NCBI GenBank assembly: GCA_026396515.1
Contig: JAPLWQ010000002.1
Coordinates: forward strand, 125,575 to 189,574
Origin: Candidatus Magasanikiibacteriota bacterium
Lineage (GTDB): Bacteria > Patescibacteriota > Patescibacteriia > Magasanikbacterales > GWA2-37-8
Direction: 5' to 3'
DNA length: 64,000 bases
The notes beneath the pieces are model-generated. The model saw only the letters and a list, made by a program, of their open reading frames with translations, was not told the DNA's origin and did not search any database. This document shows positions 29,707-38,801 of this stretch, piece by piece. Made by a program: the position numbers and the translations under genes. How positions within the stretch are numbered: the first letter of the stretch is position 1; each line of letters starts with the position of its first letter.

Positions 29707-29970
29707 TCATTCCAGGCGAGGAAGGACGAAACGTTGCCACCAGATTCCTGGTAAATCGACATCGGCGAGTTTATAGCACGAGTACAGCGAGGTCATGGCG
29801 CCAAGAACGTAAAACGTGGAAAACCATGGAGGGTGGTCAAACGCGCGTATGAATAGCCAGATGCCGACGACGAACAAAGCGATAATCGCGACCGATTGGA
29901 CCAGGACAACGCTTAATGTTGCCAGGCTGGAAACGATAACGAGCAGTGTTCTTTTTATCGCTTGTGCCAC
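29707..29970 (-). CDS. Small 2-TM membrane protein (GTG start, AAAGGAG SD), GC island 2
   Basis: 87 aa with two hydrophobic helices. GC-rich codon usage unlike the flanking genome. Confidence 0.45.
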   Translation of the reverse strand: MAQAIKRTLLVIVSSLATLSVVLVQSVAIIALFVVGIWLFIRAFDHPPWFSTFYVLGAMTSLYSCYKLADVDLPGIWWQRFVLPRLE

Positions 29971-30840
29971 AACAGCTCCTTTCTATCGGCGGCCCCTGGT
30001 ACAGGTAACCAGCACGATGACTGTGTTGAACGCTCCGATTTCTCCTCCTTTTTGATACATCATCATATGTGTTTTTATAAACAATGTCAATATTAAAAAA
30101 CCCCCCAATGAATCGGGGGGTTAGAAGGAACTGTGTTTGTTTTTTTTGGAGTGAGAGCTCCGTGCGCGTTCTCCTATGGAGTGTGACCGCCTCGGCGGTC
30201 ACTGGCACTCGGCATCCCTTTGGACATTTGTCCGCGGCCCGGGTTTTTCCCCGGTTCTCCTCTTGCCGCCGGCGTTTGGCTTCTTAGGCCATTAGGGGGA
30301 CGCCGTCCCTGGTTTATCACTTCCGGACTGGAAATGAAGACCACTTAATACCTCGTTCAGTTCTGACGGATCAGACCGGATCAGACAGCGGGATTACCCG
30401 CCAATCAGATCCCTGAACAAGAGTACCGCCAGGTAATTTTTGTTCCCCATTACAGGGGTCAAAGGTTGCCCGGCTACCTATCGCATCATTTTTTTCAGCG
30501 CGATGCGACACGCGCTCTTAGTTCTCGGGTCGTAGATCTATCGAGAAACATGGTAACCTCCTTCTGCGCCTGGGTTTGTTTTCAATGTTGTGTTTTTCCT
30601 TCTCACTGCGCCCGAACGTCTTCAGGGGCAGAATTAAAGGCCGAGATTCACGCGTTACTCGGCTTCGCGTCCACAGCGTGGATTCTCACAACTTTCGCCG
30701 GGGGGCATGTGATCTCCCCCACCCGTTCACGGGCGTTCGCTGATCTTGGCGTGTTGACGTCAGAGAAAGGGCATCTTTATCCTCCATTGCAGTGTTGTGG
30801 GTGACCGCGCCGCGTCGTTGCGCAGGTCAACCCTGTGTTG

Positions 30841-31279
30841 TCAGCCCGCCTTGGCCGCCGGCGCCTTCTTGGCGCTGCGGGACTTGGGGGCCGCCTTGGC
30901 CGCCGGCGCCGGGAGCTGAGCCACGGGGGCCTGCTCCGACACCGGGAGGTCGAGACCGCCGAAGATGTCGGCGAACGTCCCGAGGGCGGCCGACACGCGC
31001 TTCTCGCGCTTGGCCTCCCACTCCTCGATCGCGGCCGCGCTCTCGGAGAACCGGTAGAACATCCGCTCGAGGGGCTTGCCGGTGGTCTTGGCCACCAGCT
31101 TGGCGCGCTCGAGGATGCTCTCCTTGCACTCCCCGCAAGCCACGAACTCCGCCAGGTCCGCCACCTTCGCGGGGCGTCCGAGCTTGCGGTCGATCTTGCG
31201 CAGCGGCGGCACGAACGCGTGTGCCTCGTCCATCTCAGCGCCGCAACCGTCCACGATACACACCAATTTCTTGGACATG
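30841..31279 (-). CDS. Zinc-ribbon protein with Ala/Lys/Pro-rich basic C-terminal tail (histone-H1-like tail), GC island 2
   Basis: Strong SD AAGGAGG 5 nt upstream of ATG at 31279 (MSKKLVCIVDGCGAEMDE...FVACGECKES). C-terminus APAAKAAPKSRSAKKAPAAKAG. The ORF-track N-terminal extension to 31338 is probably not translated. Confidence 0.5.
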
Positions 31280-31698
31280 CTATCCTCCTTGTGCCCGCGT
31301 GAATCGCGAGCGGTTGTTATGAGAGCTTCAACGCTCAATAAAAGGTTGGTGTTAATTTGTAATTCTTTAGACAGATCAATCAGATACTATCTCTACACTG
31401 CAACCCTTTATTTAGCGCTAAAACTCGATGTAAGGAACAAAAAACCTCTGTTTGAGAGAGGCTAAAATCGTTCGCTTTACCTTATTTCCCTCTCTCAGGA
31501 AATTAGGCATATTTTCAGCATAACGGATTAGTATAGCATATTTTTACCCTTTTGTCAAGACCCTGCCTAACAAAACGCTTTTTTACCTAAAATAAGCCAA
31601 AAGACGACACGACTTGCAAAAACTACGGTTTTATTGTATAATAAAGGCCGATTTTACAATCAATCAAGATTTAGGTATTTGAAATTAGATATATCCAT

Positions 31699-31911
31699 AT
31701 GGGTTTACCAGGCCATCGAAGAACATCATCGCACAAACGACGCCGCGCAGCGCATTTTGCTTTATCAGAGAAAACATATAACCTCTGTCCGAAATGTCAG
31801 AAACCGGTCAGACCGCACCGCGCCTGCGGATTTTGCGGAACCTACCGCGGATCACAGGTAATAAGCGTAAAACGCCAAACCGCCCGCGCCGCCAAAAAAG
31901 CGAAAAAATAA
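31699..31911 (+). CDS. rpmF: 50S ribosomal protein L32
   Basis: 70 aa. HRRTSSHKRRRAAHFAL and zinc ribbon CPKC...CGFCG. Confidence 0.8.
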   Translation: MGLPGHRRTSSHKRRRAAHFALSEKTYNLCPKCQKPVRPHRACGFCGTYRGSQVISVKRQTARAAKKAKK

Positions 31912-31964
31912 ATTTGGTTGAGGGGGCGAACAAATAATATTTTTGTCTTTTCACATTAAAAAAT

Positions 31965-32432
31965 ATGTCCAACCGCCATCTGGCGCGCAGTATCGCCATG
32001 CAAACAATGTTTGAATGGGATTTTCGAGGACAAGATAATGAGCGCCTGCCGGCTATTCTTGAACACAGCCTGGCTGAATTCGGCGAAGGACTGACAGAAA
32101 AAGAATTTACTGTGAATTTAATTAACGGTGTTATTGCAAATCTGAAAAAAATTGATAAGATTATTACTGAATACGCACCTGACTGGCCGATTGAACAGAT
32201 TACCGTAGTGGACCGAAATATTTTGCGCTTAGGCATATACGAATTGGCTTTTGCCAAAGAAGTACCGCCAAAAGTGGCAATTAATGAGGCGATAGAATTA
32301 GCCAAAGGATTTGGCGGACCTTCATCGGGAAAATTCGTCAACGGGGTGCTTGGCGCGATATTCAAAAATATGGCGCCGGAGGAGACAAAAAGCGAAAGTG
32401 GAAAAGCGGAAGATAATAAAACAAATGAATAA
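31965..32432 (+). CDS. nusB: Transcription antitermination factor NusB
   Basis: 155 aa. [18 protein letters not shown]...KFVNGVLG matches the NusB C-terminal signature. Confidence 0.8.
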   Translation: MSNRHLARSIAMQTMFEWDFRGQDNERLPAILEHSLAEFGEGLTEKEFTVNLINGVIANLKKIDKIITEYAPDWPIEQITVVDRNILRLGIYELAFAKEVPPKVAINEAIELAKGFGGPSSGKFVNGVLGAIFKNMAPEETKSESGKAEDNKTNE

Positions 32433-32523
32433 TTATCGGGCGGCATAAGCCGCCCCGTGAAACAGGGTATCCAAGAGTGTAAAAACGATTGAATACTCGC
32501 TTTCACGGTAATCATCAATTCAT

Positions 32524-33288
32524 ATGATTATTGAAAGACCTGAAGTCATTGCCAAGGACTTTACCGCAATGGAAAAAAAACTCGGCGTGACGTTCAACAA
32601 TCCTGACATTTTGGTACAGGCGTTTGTTCATCGCTCCTATTTAAACGAGCATCGCGATTTTCCATTGCCTCATAACGAGCGTCTGGAATTTTTGGGGGAT
32701 GCTGTGGTAGAGTTGGTTGTAACTGAGTATCTATTTAATGAATTCGGAAATCCGGAGGGCGAACTCACAAACTGGCGCGCGGCTCTCGTTAATGCTAAAA
32801 CACTTGCCAGCATTGCTTATGAAATCGGCATGGAGCCATATCTTTTTTTAAGCCACGGCGAATCAAAAGACGCCGGCACAAAAGCCCGCGATTACATCAT
32901 GGCCAATACCATGGAATCAGTTACCGGAGCGATATACGTTGATCAGGGTTATGAGGCGACAAAAGGATTTATTTCACGCTCTGTAATTCCAAAACTACCG
33001 TACATTCTGGAAAACGGATTATATATGGATGCCAAAAGCCGATTCCAGGAGTCCGCACAGGAGTTAGCCGGAGTGACCCCTTCATATAAAGTGCTCGGTG
33101 AGGTAGGACCTGACCACGCAAAAAGTTTTAAGGTTGGGGTGTATATTGGAAAAGAATTGGTGGCATCGGGTGAAGGAATGAGCAAGCAGGAAGCGCAAAC
33201 CGAAGCGGCAGAAATGGGTTTGAAAGTTAAAGGATGGAAAGGGCCGAAAACAAATGTGATAAAGAGAAGTCCGGGAGACGCGTTATAA
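32524..33288 (+). CDS. rnc: Ribonuclease III
   Basis: 254 aa. RNase III signature ERLEFLGDAVVELVVTEYLF plus C-terminal dsRBD. Confidence 0.85.
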   Translation: MIIERPEVIAKDFTAMEKKLGVTFNNPDILVQAFVHRSYLNEHRDFPLPHNERLEFLGDAVVELVVTEYLFNEFGNPEGELTNWRAALVNAKTLASIAYEIGMEPYLFLSHGESKDAGTKARDYIMANTMESVTGAIYVDQGYEATKGFISRSVIPKLPYILENGLYMDAKSRFQESAQELAGVTPSYKVLGEVGPDHAKSFKVGVYIGKELVASGEGMSKQEAQTEAAEMGLKVKGWKGPKTNVIKRSPGDAL

Positions 33289-33304
33289 AAAAATCGCTCA
33301 TCAG

Positions 33305-33377
33305 GGGTCGCTAGCTCAGCTGGTAGAGCAGGTCCCTCTTAAGGACAAGGTCCAGGGTCCGAATCCCTGGCGACCCA
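33305..33377 (+). tRNA. tRNA-Lys (anticodon CTT), atypical T-loop UCCGAAU
   Basis: GGGUCGC-UA-GCUC-AGCUGGUA-GAGC-A-GGUCC-CUCUUAA-GGACA-AGGUC-CAGGG-UCCGAAU-CCCUG-GCGACCC-A. Perfect acceptor and D stems. One mismatch in the anticodon stem. Confidence 0.7.
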
Positions 33378-33443
33378 CAAATTAAAAATATCGCACAAGT
33401 GCGATATTTTTAATTTACTGGGGTGAAGCCTTCATCTATTTTG

Positions 33444-33517
33444 TGCCCCCAGAGAGAATCGAACTCCCACCTTCAGGTTCGAAGCCTGATATTCTATCCA
33501 TTAAACTATAGGGGCGC
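33444..33517 (-). tRNA. tRNA-like gene, probable tRNA-Arg (anticodon TCG); imperfect acceptor and D-stem pairing in my reading
   Basis: Minus-strand T-arm GGGAG-UUCGAUU-CUCUC, D-loop AAUGGAUAGAA, anticodon arm UCAGG-CUUCGAA-CCUGA. G3/G70 mismatch. Could be degenerate or a pseudogene. Confidence 0.5.
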
Positions 33518-33605
33518 AGCACAAAACAGTATAGCACAAAACAGCCAAGGAATCAAGATTAGAGGCCGATAATTGACAAAACGCTCCGTTTGTGGTTAGA
33601 TTCCT

Positions 33606-34235
33606 TTGCTCATTACACAAAAAACCAAGGAGGAAAAAATGAAATTCGACACAGCCACGTTTGGTATGGTGGCAGGTGTCGTATCACTTGTCGCCTTTAT
33701 CCCTTACATCATTTCCATCATACGCGGTAAAACCAAGCCAAACCGCGCATCCTGGTGGATATGGACAATAGTGGGCTTCATGCTCGCGTCGAGTTATAGC
33801 GCGTCCGGCGCCAAAGACACTATGTGGGTAGCATTAAGCTACCTCATCGGCCCGCTTCTAACAGCGCTTCTCGCCATCAAATACGGTGAGGGCGGTTGGA
33901 CGCGGTTTGACCGCGCCTGCATTGCCTGCGCCGCTATGAGCGCCATTCTCTGGTTCGTCTTTGATTCGCCGCTACTGGCTCTGCTCATCAATTTGATAAT
34001 AGACGGAGCTGGAGCTCTGCCGACAATCAAAAAGACATACACAGAACCGGAAAATGAAGACCGGCTTTCCTGGGCGCTCTTTTTTGCGGGAAACACACTG
34101 AATCTATTTGCGGTTAATCCATGGACTTTTGCCATAGCCATATACCCGCTCTATTTGTTCATCGGCTGCGGCATTATTACTGCGCAAGTATTCTTTCGCC
34201 GTCGCGGACAAAAATCCGCGCCTCCCGATGAATGA
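33606..34235 (+). CDS. Polytopic membrane protein, possibly PQ-loop / MtN3(SWEET)-like
   Basis: 209 aa, ~6-7 TM. Two PQ-loop-like segments (FIPYIISIIRGKTKPNRASW; LPTIKKTYTEPENEDRLSW). Confidence 0.3.
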   Translation: MLITQKTKEEKMKFDTATFGMVAGVVSLVAFIPYIISIIRGKTKPNRASWWIWTIVGFMLASSYSASGAKDTMWVALSYLIGPLLTALLAIKYGEGGWTRFDRACIACAAMSAILWFVFDSPLLALLINLIIDGAGALPTIKKTYTEPENEDRLSWALFFAGNTLNLFAVNPWTFAIAIYPLYLFIGCGIITAQVFFRRRGQKSAPPDE

Positions 34236-34323
34236 TTTTCACTGTTTTTTCTCGCCCGGCACTTTATCGGGCAAAAAAAGGCCTCCCCTACCCGGGAGGC
34301 CTTAATATTTATATAGGACTATT

Positions 34324-35166
34324 TTATACCGTCAATCCGTCAACTTTAATTTTTCCACCGGATAAATTTTCATTATCAGATAGTACGCTTAAAATTTCAT
34401 TTTTTAATTTATAAAGTTCTTCGCCACTTTTAGCCAGAGCAATAATTATAAATGGAAGGTCAGACGAAAATAATTCTCCAAATCCGTGATGTCCAAAAGC
34501 GATATTCACTGCCACCTTCAATTCTTCTGCCGTATATTCGGAAGGTAGGTAAGCGCGCTCAATCACAAACCCCATTGGCAAACCGATTTCCTTGTTCGGA
34601 TTAAATCCGCCGACTCCATCAAAATAAACAACCCGCGCGTTGTGAAATTCCGTTGGCCGCTCCATGTCTTCCGCCATAATATGAGTACGCTCCGCCGGAT
34701 GACCGAGTTCCTTGATTTTATCCGCCAACTTGTCCGACCACGCTTTCGCATATGCTTCAATTTTTTCCGCCAAATTTTCCTTAGCGCCCACATCCGGAAA
34801 ATCACGGTGATAAGCCAACCCGGCCGCCCCACAACCGCCATGACTGGTAATATTTGTCACTCCGCGTTCAATCAAAATATTCGCCACCTTCTTGAGACGC
34901 TCTTCCTCGCTTGAAGCCGGGAATAAAATGCCGGATCCGGCGAAGGCAAACTTAACTTCGCCATTGATATCCTTATGGGCGGTTCCTTCATCCATACAGC
35001 AAACACATTTTTGCTTTTCTGAAAAAGAATGATTCAGGTCGGGGAACTCACGCTTAAAATATTCAGCCGCTCCCAAGGTCGTCAACTCTTTGATATCCGC
35101 ATTTTCAATCTCAAACGACAATTTTTTGCTTTTATTATCATGCAATTCAATATTCTCATTAGTCAT
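34324..35166 (-). CDS. Hypothetical protein with conserved Cys/His motifs (CVCCMDEG...SHGGCGAAG)
   Basis: 280-aa ORF. Motifs faintly resemble beta-carbonic-anhydrase-type zinc ligands (CxD...HxxCG). Not a secure call. Confidence 0.4.
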   Translation of the reverse strand: MTNENIELHDNKSKKLSFEIENADIKELTTLGAAEYFKREFPDLNHSFSEKQKCVCCMDEGTAHKDINGEVKFAFAGSGILFPASSEEERLKKVANILIERGVTNITSHGGCGAAGLAYHRDFPDVGAKENLAEKIEAYAKAWSDKLADKIKELGHPAERTHIMAEDMERPTEFHNARVVYFDGVGGFNPNKEIGLPMGFVIERAYLPSEYTAEELKVAVNIAFGHHGFGELFSSDLPFIIIALAKSGEELYKLKNEILSVLSDNENLSGGKIKVDGLTV

Positions 35167-35450
35167 AGATTTTTATTATCAATAATATGTGTCTCTATTT
35201 AATCAAAATTCGGCACATTCGTCAACTCCGAACATTTTTTGCAACCTTTACTTCTACCTGTGCATAACTTTGCTTGACACTCTTCCATTTTTTAAAAAAC
35301 CGTTCTATAATAAATATAGGTCGATGAAGTTTGTGCTACATGCTTGTAGGCAGAAACTTTATAAAAAAGAAATTTTTTCTCGCGATCGCGAGTAAGAAAA
35401 AATCATCTTTAGGCCGCGCTCCTAAGCGTGGTTGAAAGGAGGTAACTACT

Positions 35451-35528
35451 ATGGCAAAGAAAAAAGCTAAGAAGAAAGTGACAAAGAAGAAAGCCAAGAA
35501 AACGAAAAAAGCGAAAAAGCGTAAATAG
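35451..35528 (+). CDS. 25-codon lysine-rich micro-ORF (MAKKKAKKKVTKKKAKKTKKAKKRK) with canonical SD
   Basis: AAAGGAGG SD 7 nt upstream of ATG. Below the ORF-track length cutoff. Confidence 0.4.
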   Translation: MAKKKAKKKVTKKKAKKTKKAKKRK

Positions 35529-35579
35529 TCTTGGAAAATAAATCACCTCGTATTTTGCGGGGTGATTTTTTGTTTATTT

Positions 35580-36854
35580 TCATTCCAGCCATAGCCGGCT
35601 TTGAGATATGGCTTTTTTTGCATTGTTTAGCAATAAATCGACAGTTCCGAATATGCCATCATACCCCGGAACTACCCTTATCTTCCCCTGGCGCATATTC
35701 GAAATTGCTAAAGCAATATTTTCGTCTGTCGCACTTTTTTTAAGCTCCTCGACTGGTGCCCGCAATAAAATATTAAACTCATTATCAAATGCTTTAATTA
35801 AATTTTCATATTCAACGTTAACCTTTTTGCTTTTATCGCCAACATGAAATACGGAAGCTATTATTTCTTTTAACGGTACGATGTACTTATGAGGAATAAA
35901 TTTATTTTTCGGTATTTCTTTTTCTTTTCTGTCAGACAGCTCAACCACTCGGCTCAGCACGCCAACAGTTATTTTCTTTTTACACTTCGGACATAAATAA
36001 TTTTCTTTCTTTGTTTGTTCCGGGTCGAGTGACACCTTGCAATCAGCATGCCCGTCAAAATGATATTTGCCTTCTTCCGGAAAAAATTCTATTGTGTATT
36101 TAAATTTTCTTTTATCTCCTTCTTTTATTATGCGGCATATCTCACTGAATGTAATTTCATTTTTATCGGCAAACTCCAATACATTCGCTTCACGGCCAAG
36201 CTTGTCTAAACTATGGGCATCGGAATTGGATACAAGAGTATAATTATCAAGTGCGCTCCACATGTGATTCATAATCGGATCACTTGAAAGGCCCGTCTCC
36301 AGCGCGTGAATATGCGAAGACAGTTCCTCAAAACAATCATCCAATTTATTATAGCCGGATTTTGATCCAAAGATTGAAAACCAAGGCGTCCAGGCGTGCG
36401 CCGGGATAAGCATAAACCGTTCATCTATGTCTAAAAGCATCTGTAAAATCGCCTTGCCGGATAATCCCAGTATCGGCCGTCCGTCAGAGCGCACATTAGC
36501 GCCCTTGGCCTCAAGTGCTTCGATAAATCTGCCTACGGCCTCGACACTTGGGGCTAAAACGACCAAATGAAGGCGTCTAGTGGCATCTTTATGCTTGTAT
36601 ATACAGGAAATCTCAGTAGACAGGATAAAACGGACCTTCGAGCTTGCATCCTTAAGTTTAAAAAGTCCCGAATTATCCTCAACAAGTAGTTCTTTGATGT
36701 GATTAAACCACGCCGGATGTGTAAAATCACCGGTTGCGCAGATATCAATCCCTTTTTTTTCGCAAGCCAAAGCAATTTTTGGCAATTCCAAGTCAGGCGA
36801 GCATGCTCGCGAATATTTAGAGTGAATATGCAAATCAATTATTTGTTCTATCAT
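35580..36854 (-). CDS. PHP-domain metal-dependent phosphoesterase
   Basis: 424 aa. N-terminal DLHIHSKYS...ICATGDFTHP and further His/Asp motifs of the PHP fold. CxxC pair CPKCKKK in the C-terminal part. Confidence 0.5.
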   Translation of the reverse strand: MIEQIIDLHIHSKYSRACSPDLELPKIALACEKKGIDICATGDFTHPAWFNHIKELLVEDNSGLFKLKDASSKVRFILSTEISCIYKHKDATRRLHLVVLAPSVEAVGRFIEALEAKGANVRSDGRPILGLSGKAILQMLLDIDERFMLIPAHAWTPWFSIFGSKSGYNKLDDCFEELSSHIHALETGLSSDPIMNHMWSALDNYTLVSNSDAHSLDKLGREANVLEFADKNEITFSEICRIIKEGDKRKFKYTIEFFPEEGKYHFDGHADCKVSLDPEQTKKENYLCPKCKKKITVGVLSRVVELSDRKEKEIPKNKFIPHKYIVPLKEIIASVFHVGDKSKKVNVEYENLIKAFDNEFNILLRAPVEELKKSATDENIALAISNMRQGKIRVVPGYDGIFGTVDLLLNNAKKAISQSRLWLE

Positions 36855-36934
36855 GTTGTTTGACCTGTGAGAGCCATGGCTCTATAATTACCCATGAATA
36901 ATAGTATAGCGCGATAAATATAACAATAGCCATT

Positions 36935-37276
36935 ATGCGCTGGGTGCTCCGCTCGAAAATTCACAAAGTTACGGTGACACAAGCCGACATCAACTATGTC
37001 GGCAGTATTACTATTGATGAAGATTTAATGCAAAAAACCGGGCTTTGGCCCGGGGAGAAAGTTTTGGTGGCAAGCAATACTACTGGCGCTCGCTTAGAGA
37101 CCTATGTTATAACCGGCGCAAGGAATTCAGGAATAATTTGTATGAATGGCGCAACAGCTCATCTGATAAAAGTCGGAGAAGAAATTATTATAATGGGTTT
37201 CGAACTTTCAGATAAACCGATTACCCCAAAAATAATTTTGGTTGATAAAGAGAATAAATTCGTTGAATTTTTATGA
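36935..37276 (+). CDS. panD: Aspartate 1-decarboxylase
   Basis: 113 aa. LRSKIHKVTVTQADINYVGSITIDEDLM...GARLETYVI...SGIICMNGATAHL is near-identical in pattern to PanD (pyruvoyl-forming G-S site present). Confidence 0.8.
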   Translation: MRWVLRSKIHKVTVTQADINYVGSITIDEDLMQKTGLWPGEKVLVASNTTGARLETYVITGARNSGIICMNGATAHLIKVGEEIIIMGFELSDKPITPKIILVDKENKFVEFL

Positions 37277-38142
37277 AGAAAATAACAGCCGCGGACAATA
37301 TCTGCATCGTTGACGATGGTTATTTTGAAAAAACCGTTTCTTCTATAATTTCCGCCGGCAAGGAAAAGCTTCATGTCTTGGCTGACTTTGACAGAACCCT
37401 GACTCGCGCTTTTGTTGACGGTAATAAAATTCCATCGCTAATTTCACTGCTCCGAAGCAACAATTGTTTGGGGGCTGATTATTCTACTCGCTCCTATGCC
37501 CACTATGATAAATACTCCGGTTATGAAAACAATAGTAATCTTACGAGGGAACAAAGAGCGGAAAAGATGCAGGAGTGGTGGGACGCGGCCCACGGACTGA
37601 TGATTGAATGCGGACTGACAAAAAATGTGATGGATGAGGTGATGGCCAAACGACAAATGAAGCTCCGCGTTGGGGCCAAACAATTCATTGACCGCTTGGC
37701 TGAAAATTTGATTCCACTTGTTATTCTGTCAGCCGGTCCGGCGTACATGATTCAAAAATTTTTTGAATTGGAGGGCTGCATGAGCAAAAACATTGATATT
37801 ATAGCCAATTGGTATGAATATGATGAAAAGGGCCGAATGATTGGCACGAAAGAACCATTGATACATACCTCAAATAAATACGAAATCACGGTGGATAATT
37901 TTCCTGCCTACGAAGCCATAAAAAAACGAAAAAACGTATTGCTTCTTGGCGATACGATTGACGACGTGGGGATGATAGAAGGTTTCGATTACGACAATTT
38001 GCTGAAAATCGGCTTTTTGTGTGAGGATGTTGAAAACCAACTACCCAAATACAAACAATATTTTGATATGATTATTCTGAATGACGGACCAATAGATCCT
38101 CTAAACCAGTTATTGGATAATATAACTAAAAAAGCGCCTTAA
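37273..38142 (+). CDS. HAD-superfamily hydrolase, pyrimidine 5'-nucleotidase (UMPH-1/cN-III)-like
   Basis: 289 aa. Motif I DFDRTLT. GDTIDD motif near the C-terminus. Confidence 0.45.
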   Translation: MKKITAADNICIVDDGYFEKTVSSIISAGKEKLHVLADFDRTLTRAFVDGNKIPSLISLLRSNNCLGADYSTRSYAHYDKYSGYENNSNLTREQRAEKMQEWWDAAHGLMIECGLTKNVMDEVMAKRQMKLRVGAKQFIDRLAENLIPLVILSAGPAYMIQKFFELEGCMSKNIDIIANWYEYDEKGRMIGTKEPLIHTSNKYEITVDNFPAYEAIKKRKNVLLLGDTIDDVGMIEGFDYDNLLKIGFLCEDVENQLPKYKQYFDMIILNDGPIDPLNQLLDNITKKAP

Positions 38143-38801
38143 AAAGGCGCTTTTGTTGATACAACTTTTTCCTCTCCACCAGTAGCTGCTTTGAACATTA
38201 TCGAAATTGCACACAAGGCAATTGATTGATCCGGCAGTGGCGCTTTGGCGCCATATTTTATATCCCCGACAATCGGATGGCCAATATGCGCAAGCTGGGC
38301 TCGGATTTGATGATGACGCCCTGTTTTTAAATCGATTTTTAGTAAAGAATTTTTGCCTCGGTTTTCTATGACTTCGTAGGAAAGTTCCGCCAGCTGAGCG
38401 CCTTCTTGTTTCGCGTCGTATATCTTGGCCTTATTGGTTTTTTCGTCGTGCAGTAGATAATTTATTTGCGTGTCTTTTTTGTTTTTCGGCACTCCTTCCA
38501 CCAGCGCCTGATATTCTTTTTTGAAATCGTGATTTCTTATCTGTTCTGACAGTCGTGAAGCGCCTTTGCTTGTTTTCGCGAACAATACGATTCCCGAGAC
38601 CGGTCTATCCAATCGGTGTATGAGCCCCAAAAACACATTGCCTGTCTTTGCATATTTTTCTTTCAAATATTTTTTTACTTCATCCATCAGACACAAATCA
38701 CCGGTTTTATCCCCTTGTACTAAAACGCCAGCCGGCTTGAATACAGCAATAAGATGATTGTCTTCGTAGAGGACTTTAAGCGGCATAATTATACGCGCCA
38801 A
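38139..38801 (-). CDS. RluA-family pseudouridine synthase
   Basis: 220 aa. Catalytic motif HRLDRPVSGIVLFAKT. Confidence 0.8.
   Translation of the reverse strand: MARIIMPLKVLYEDNHLIAVFKPAGVLVQGDKTGDLCLMDEVKKYLKEKYAKTGNVFLGLIHRLDRPVSGIVLFAKTSKGASRLSEQIRNHDFKKEYQALVEGVPKNKKDTQINYLLHDEKTNKAKIYDAKQEGAQLAELSYEVIENRGKNSLLKIDLKTGRHHQIRAQLAHIGHPIVGDIKYGAKAPLPDQSIALCAISIMFKAATGGEEKVVSTKAPF

Noticed and set aside
30100-30840. RNase P RNA, tmRNA or group II intron domain V in the GC-rich noncoding tract
   Set aside because: Looked for P4 (AGGAAAGUCCGGGCUCC), tRNA-like 3' end / tag-reading frame, and domain V (AGC...GAAA) signatures on both strands. None found, so left as an unassigned candidate RNA rather than a named ncRNA.
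30792-31338. Overlapping ORFs 30792..31322 (+, Pro/Arg-rich), 30835..31302 (+), 30827..31138 (-), and the N-terminal extension of 30841..31338
   Set aside because: GC-rich shadow frames. Only the frame starting at ATG 31279 has a strong SD and a sensible zinc-ribbon + basic-tail composition.
35189-35395. 68-aa ORF MSLFNQNSAHSSTPNIF... upstream of the lysine-rich micro-ORF
   Set aside because: No RBS, AT-rich intergenic composition, and it overlaps the likely promoter region of the divergent gene. Judged non-coding.
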